Below, piece by piece: positions 31,094 through 37,422 of a DNA stretch of 37,422 nucleotides. The notes beneath the pieces were generated by a model. That model saw nothing but the letters and a program-made list of their open reading frames with translations, had not been told where the DNA came from and searched no databases. Source of the stretch: Macrostomum lignano (Eukaryota); NCBI GenBank assembly GCA_002269645.1, contig NIVC01004706.1:1-37422 (forward strand), given 5' to 3'. Every line of letters starts with the position of its first letter. Position 1 is the first letter of the stretch. The position numbers were made by a program, and so were the translations under genes.

Positions 31094-32659
31094 GGAAATT
31101 TCGTTCTGTGCAGTTATTGAATTATCTCAGCAAAAAGATGATTAATATTACATACCAGCTACAGTTACCCACACATCTCTTCTCCAGAATATATAAAGGC
31201 TGGGGCATCCGGACGGGATGGTGAACGCCCAGCCTCTCCGGTCTCCAATGTACTTTTCTTATTGGGTCTCTGGAACCTGCCTGCAAGTCAGTCAGCTATA
31301 CGGAGAAAGTGAACGAACTGTGGATTTTTATCTAAATTATGCTCCTCTTTGAGTAGCACTCCATCCTCTCTGAGTCCAAGATGACTCACTTGCGTCGAGG
31401 CGAGTTTAGTGCACAGCTGTACTCTCTGAGCAAATTTATCCCCAGAACTCAACCATAACTGAGGATTCTTTAGCTTAGCGGACTTTCCAGGGAAGAGGCG
31501 GCGAGAGATGTGGATGGGCGGAGAGCCAAGCGCAGAGTCTGATTCCCCTTTCCTCGACCGAGCAGTGCTATTTATAGCACACTCTTCGCCGGCCTGGGTT
31601 TAGGAATCCCGGCGTGTCCTCTGTCGGGGACTCTTGAATTCTGCTAGTATTTGGATTGGAAACTAATCAAGAGAGGAACTATTTATTTATTATTGAAAAT
31701 AAATATTTTTACCTCAAAAGCCGGGTATAGAATCTAGCTCATGCCTGTGGGCCAGATGAGAGGAAAGGAGAGGGGAATAGGGGAGAGAAGAGGAAAGAGA
31801 TGATAGAAGAGAGAAGTTAAGAGGTGAGAGATGAGAGAGTGGAGAGATGAGATGGGAGTGAGAAGAGGTAAGAACCTTGAGGGTGCCAGACTGTCAAGGT
31901 TCCAAAGACCCGAGTGGCGGATAGAGGGGCTTTGTGAGCCTGGGTTTGCCGAACCCCTGATTCTATAGTTAGCTGCCTTCCCGTCCTTGTCCAGTCCACG
32001 TGGCTGTGTTAGTAGTCCATGCCAGCCTGCCGCTGTATCTCTCTCCCCATGTACTATCTGTCACTCCAACTGTCCCAACTTCCCCATGCAAGAATCTCCT
32101 CCCATGAGTCATCATTGCCAAATTTGTCCAGCGCATTGGTAAAGCATTTTATAAAGAATTTGTTTAGAAAAAGTCATTCGGTGCGTATTGTGCAAAAATC
32201 TGCGAGTTGAAACTTACTGAGTGTCTGTGCCGGCCTGTGTGGTCCTAAGAACGGCCCACCCAGCGCCACTACTGGTTAATAATGAGGGCATAATGTTCTT
32301 TCCGAATATCCATAGATGCAGTCGCTCTATATCATATCGCATTTATTTTTGTTTTTATCTGTAATTTTTTTGCTTTCTGTAGCAGGAAATGTGAACCACC
32401 GCCATTACCGCTTTTGTTTACTTGACTTGTGTCCGCGCGGCCTGTTCAATCGGGTTTTTGCTGTCTAATTCTCATTTGTGGGATGTGACACTGACACTAA
32501 AATTGCGGTGCCTTTGTATTTGCGTGCGATTTTATGACTTCCATATTATCTAAGTTATTGATGTGCATAAAAATATGCATGCGCTCTTCTTGTATCAGTT
32601 ATGTTTTGTGATTGTGTTCAACTTAAGTTTTATGGGCAACTTCGTTAGCGTTTAAGTGC

Positions 32660-33032
32660 CAAAATGGTTGTTGGAGTGCCAAGATGTGTTTTTTAGGGTG
32701 CCGGAATGGGTACCGGAGTGCCAAGGTGTGTTTTAGAGTGCCTGAATAGGTTCTGGAGTGCCGGAATGGGTACTGGAGTGCCGGAATGGGTACTTGAGTG
32801 CCAAAATTGGTACTTGAGTGCCGGAATGGCTACTGGAGTGCCGGAATGGGTACTTGAGTGCCAAAATTGGTACTGGAGTGCCGGAATGGCTACTGGAGTG
32901 CCGGAATGGGTACTTGAGTGCCAAAATTGGTACTGGAGTGCCGGAATGGGTACTTGAGTGCCAAAATGGGTACTGGAGTGCCAAAATGGGTACTGCAGTG
33001 CCAAAATTGGTACTGGAGTGCCAAAATGGGTA
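32660..33032. repeat. 20-bp minisatellite GAGTGCCAAAATGGGTACTG / GAGTGCCGGAATGGGTACTT, left of the mariner
   Basis: Tandem copies ending ...GGGTA at the TIR. Confidence 0.95.
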
Positions 33033-34375
33033 CGAGGTGTATCCCAAAAGTAAGTTTCGGTCAGCTGCCAACAGTGAGCAATTAGTTTTAAAAAAAGGTA
33101 AACTTTGTCAAACCACAACTTAAAGTATTTGTCACTCCACAAATCGGCCGCCAAGCTCAACGCACTTTTCCCAGCGACGCACCCACGCTTCAAAGGCGGG
33201 CCTGCAGCCGGCGATCGCCAGATGTCGGAGAGCTGATGAAGCGCTGTTGTTCACCTGCTCCTCAGATCCGAAACGCTGGCCACGAAGACTCTCTTTCATC
33301 TTCGGGAACAGATAGAAGTCTGCCGGAGCCAAATCAGGCGAGTAGCGCGGGTGGCGGAGAATTTCCCAGTTCCACGAGCCGAGCAGCTCTTCAACCCGTC
33401 TGGTCGATGCACCGGGCGTTGTCGTGATGGAATATGACGCCTCTCTCCAGAAGGCCCGGCCGCTTTTTCCTTATCGCTGGTCGCAGTTTCTCTTGAAGCA
33501 CCCATCGATAGTACTCAGCATTCACTTTGGTACCCATAGGCACAGGCCAGTCCAGAATGATCCCGTCAATGTCAAAAAAATGATGTGCATCACCTTCAAT
33601 GAGCCTTGCTTGCGTCGCACCTTCTCGGGACTCGCCGATCCTATCGGAAGCCACTGCGCTGACTGCCGCTTCAGCTCTGGGTCCCATTCGTAGACCCACG
33701 TCTCGTCTCCAGTCACTATTCTACGAGAAATCCGTCGCCTTCACGACGAACCCGACGGAGGCAGTCCCGGGACACCACCACCCGCTCCTCCATCTGCTCG
33801 TCAGTCAGCAGGTGTGGCACCCATTTGGCGAAAAGCTTTTGCAGGCCTAAATTCTCGGTCAGAATGCGGTGCACAGTGCTGTGGGAATGCCGAGGAGTTC
33901 CTCCAGCTCACTGCATGTCCTTCTGTTGTCTTCACTCACAGAAGCCATCACGCGATCAGCATTGGAATCTGTTGTCGCAGTTCTTGGTCGTCCAGAACGC
34001 TCTTTGTCCTCCATGCAGTCCCGTCCTTCTTGAATTTCTCGCACCCACTTCCTGACCGTTTGAATGGATGGTGCAGCTTCTCCTAGGACTCTCACGAGTT
34101 CTTGATGAATCTCTGGTGTCGATTTTCCAGACAGCACAGAAAACTTGATGATGCTTCGAACGTCATAGCGAGAGAACGAGCTGGACGCGGCCATCGTTGC
34201 AAAGGGTTGTGTGCTTGGGTTGCAGCCATGCAGCTCGAGAACAAGCTAGGACTTAGCGACTTGTTTAGGGTTGGAACATAGACAAAAAAGAAAGCAACAA
34301 CGTACGTGGCACTTAGCTGAGCCTCTTGGGTGCCGAGTTACATATGAGGGAAACTTACTTTTGGGATACACCTCG
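33033..34375 (-). mobile_element. mariner (Tc1/mariner, DD34D-type) transposon, 1343 bp
   Basis: Perfect 26-bp TIRs CGAGGTGTATCCCAAAAGTAAGTTTC; TA TSD at 33031-33032 and 34376-34377. Confidence 0.95.
33132..34194 (-). pseudogene. mariner transposase broken by about five single-base frameshifts
   Basis: HTH N-terminus, RSGRP, WVPHLL, TGDETW, HHDNA, HPRYSPDLAPADF, RWEKCV motifs distributed over different frames. Confidence 0.92.
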
Positions 34376-34812
34376 TACTTGAGTGCCAAAATGGGTACTT
34401 GAGTGCCAAAATTGGTACTGGAGTGCCGGAATGGGTACTTGAGTGCCAAAATGGGTACTTGAGTGCCAAAATTGGTACTGGAGTGCCGGAATGGGTACTT
34501 GAGTGCCAAAATTGGTACTGGAGTGCCGGAATGGGTACTTGAGTGCCAAAATGGGTACTTGAGTGCCAAAATTGGTACTGGAGTGCCGGAATGGGTACTT
34601 GAGTGCCAAAATTGGTACTGGAGTGCCGGAATGGGTACTTGAGTGCCAAAATTGGTACTGGAGTGCCGGAATGGCTACTGGAGTGCCGGAATGGGTACTT
34701 GAGTGCCAAAATTGGTACTGGAGTGCCGGAATGGGTACTTGAGTGCCAAAATGGGTACTGGAGTGCCAAAATGGGTACTGCAGTGCCAAAATGGGTACTG
34801 GAGTGCCAAAAT
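34376..34812. repeat. Right part of the 20-bp minisatellite
   Basis: Resumes TACTTGAGTGCC directly after the TIR. Confidence 0.95.
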
Positions 34813-35974
34813 GTATGCCATAGCGCCAAAGTAAGCATCGAAACTGCTTTTACCACCTTGGAGTGACCGTGGCTGTAACCTTTGAGACAAGCATCAATTT
34901 TTCCCAATTTCATCCGCAGGACCACGCACCGAGCCGCCCGCTGTCCAACTGGCTTCGTGTTTTCTGTCAACGAATCAGACAGCGGCGTCACGGTCGCTGC
35001 GAGTCGCTGGCCGTATCTGGGGATGCCTGCCGTAGCCTGGCTTTGAGAGCGCCGACGGCCTATCAGCGGGAGACTGGCGACTGCGCCCTGTGCCAGACAC
35101 TGAGGCCGGGGTGCGGCTAGCCGTGAGTGGTGGGCCTTATCGTTTCTGTTTCTATTTTTAGAATAGCCGACTTATTATTATTGTACATATTCAATCACCC
35201 TTTAGACTTTGGGCTTTGAGTGAGAGTGTACATTGTTTCTATTTTTAGAACGGATTTGCCTAGCAGCGCTCAATGTACATTGTACATTCGACGCTTAATT
35301 AATCATCCTCTTCGCTCTACCCGCGATGGTTACACATCAATGTACATAAAAAAGTTTAGAATGTCATACTTACCTAATCCTCAAGTATAACTTGTATCTC
35401 TGGGCTTCAATGTGAGGCAATTTCTTCACCATAAATCAAGGCGTAAAAGGTTGTTATCACTTCCTCGAACTTATTTTTGAGTCTCAGTGACCGCCGTTTT
35501 TCGCACGCTTCGATAAGGTAGTTTGGTTGCAGAAAAAGGCAACTGAGGATTGTAAATCATTCAGTGCCTCTGGATTGTCGCCATGGCGAGCGGTTCGCTT
35601 CTCTTCCGCAGTTCTTGGAAAATAAACTTCTCAGGCTTTAAGTAGCCTTGGCTTCGCATGCTCAAAACTCCACCGCATGCAGGATTTCCTGCTGGGTTGG
35701 ATAAGGAGTTTGATAACCCTCTAGTTGGCTGAGGCTGGAGGCTTATTTTTCTCCTGTCAGATTAACCAGCCTCTTCATCAGCTGATGCTCTGTGCGGCTT
35801 GCGGGCTTGCCTTGCCTGCCGACAGCTCCATCAACTTTGCGGAAGCTGCGTCTGTGCGGCCCGACTGGTTTTTAGTGGCTTGTTTACCTGATCCTGATGT
35901 TGCTCTGGTGATGCTGAAGGTTGAAAATAAACTGAAGCCAAAATGACCATTACCGATGTCTTCTAGCTGCCTAT

Positions 35975-37422
<1,448 letters not shown>

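Noticed and set aside
34246-34991. ORFs with WHSSTHFGT repeats (also 32693-33193)
   Set aside because: Translation of the 20-bp array
34920-35122. GC-rich plus-strand exon candidate (CCGCAG| ... |GTGAGT)
   Set aside because: All three plus-strand frames contain a stop and I could not link it to a gene; left unannotated

Overview
This is eukaryotic (metazoan) genomic DNA. It has GC-rich exons, GT-AG spliceosomal introns and about 15 mini/microsatellite arrays. That style resembles the flatworm Macrostomum, but the species is an inference only. I found no rRNA, intact tRNA or CRISPR array. The minus strand carries three head-to-tail genes: (1) an 8-exon, ~726-aa J-domain (HPD) + TTC31-like coiled-coil + TPR + UBA-like + RRM protein (22165->12187); (2) a 4-exon, 277-aa myeloid leukemia factor (MLF) gene (9848->6946); and (3) a tentative small membrane-protein gene (~6523->~700). 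A plus-strand gene starting at 27305 encodes a secreted Cys-rich protein with a Ser/Thr-rich stalk. Two near-complete DNA transposons each sit inside a minisatellite array: a hAT-like element (14738-18014, 17-bp TIRs, apparent 3-bp TSD) and a mariner (33033-34375, 26-bp TIRs, TA TSD). Nested hAT-type MITEs lie at 23.3-25.9 kb. The most unusual signals link intronic minisatellites to splice sites. One repeat family lies in opposite orientations on either side of MLF exon 3, and its unit matches the MLF exon-2 acceptor at 18/19 nt. Two other arrays end exactly on a splice site embedded in their own unit. All gene models were built by hand from splice signals and reading-frame phase; none is transcript-verified.
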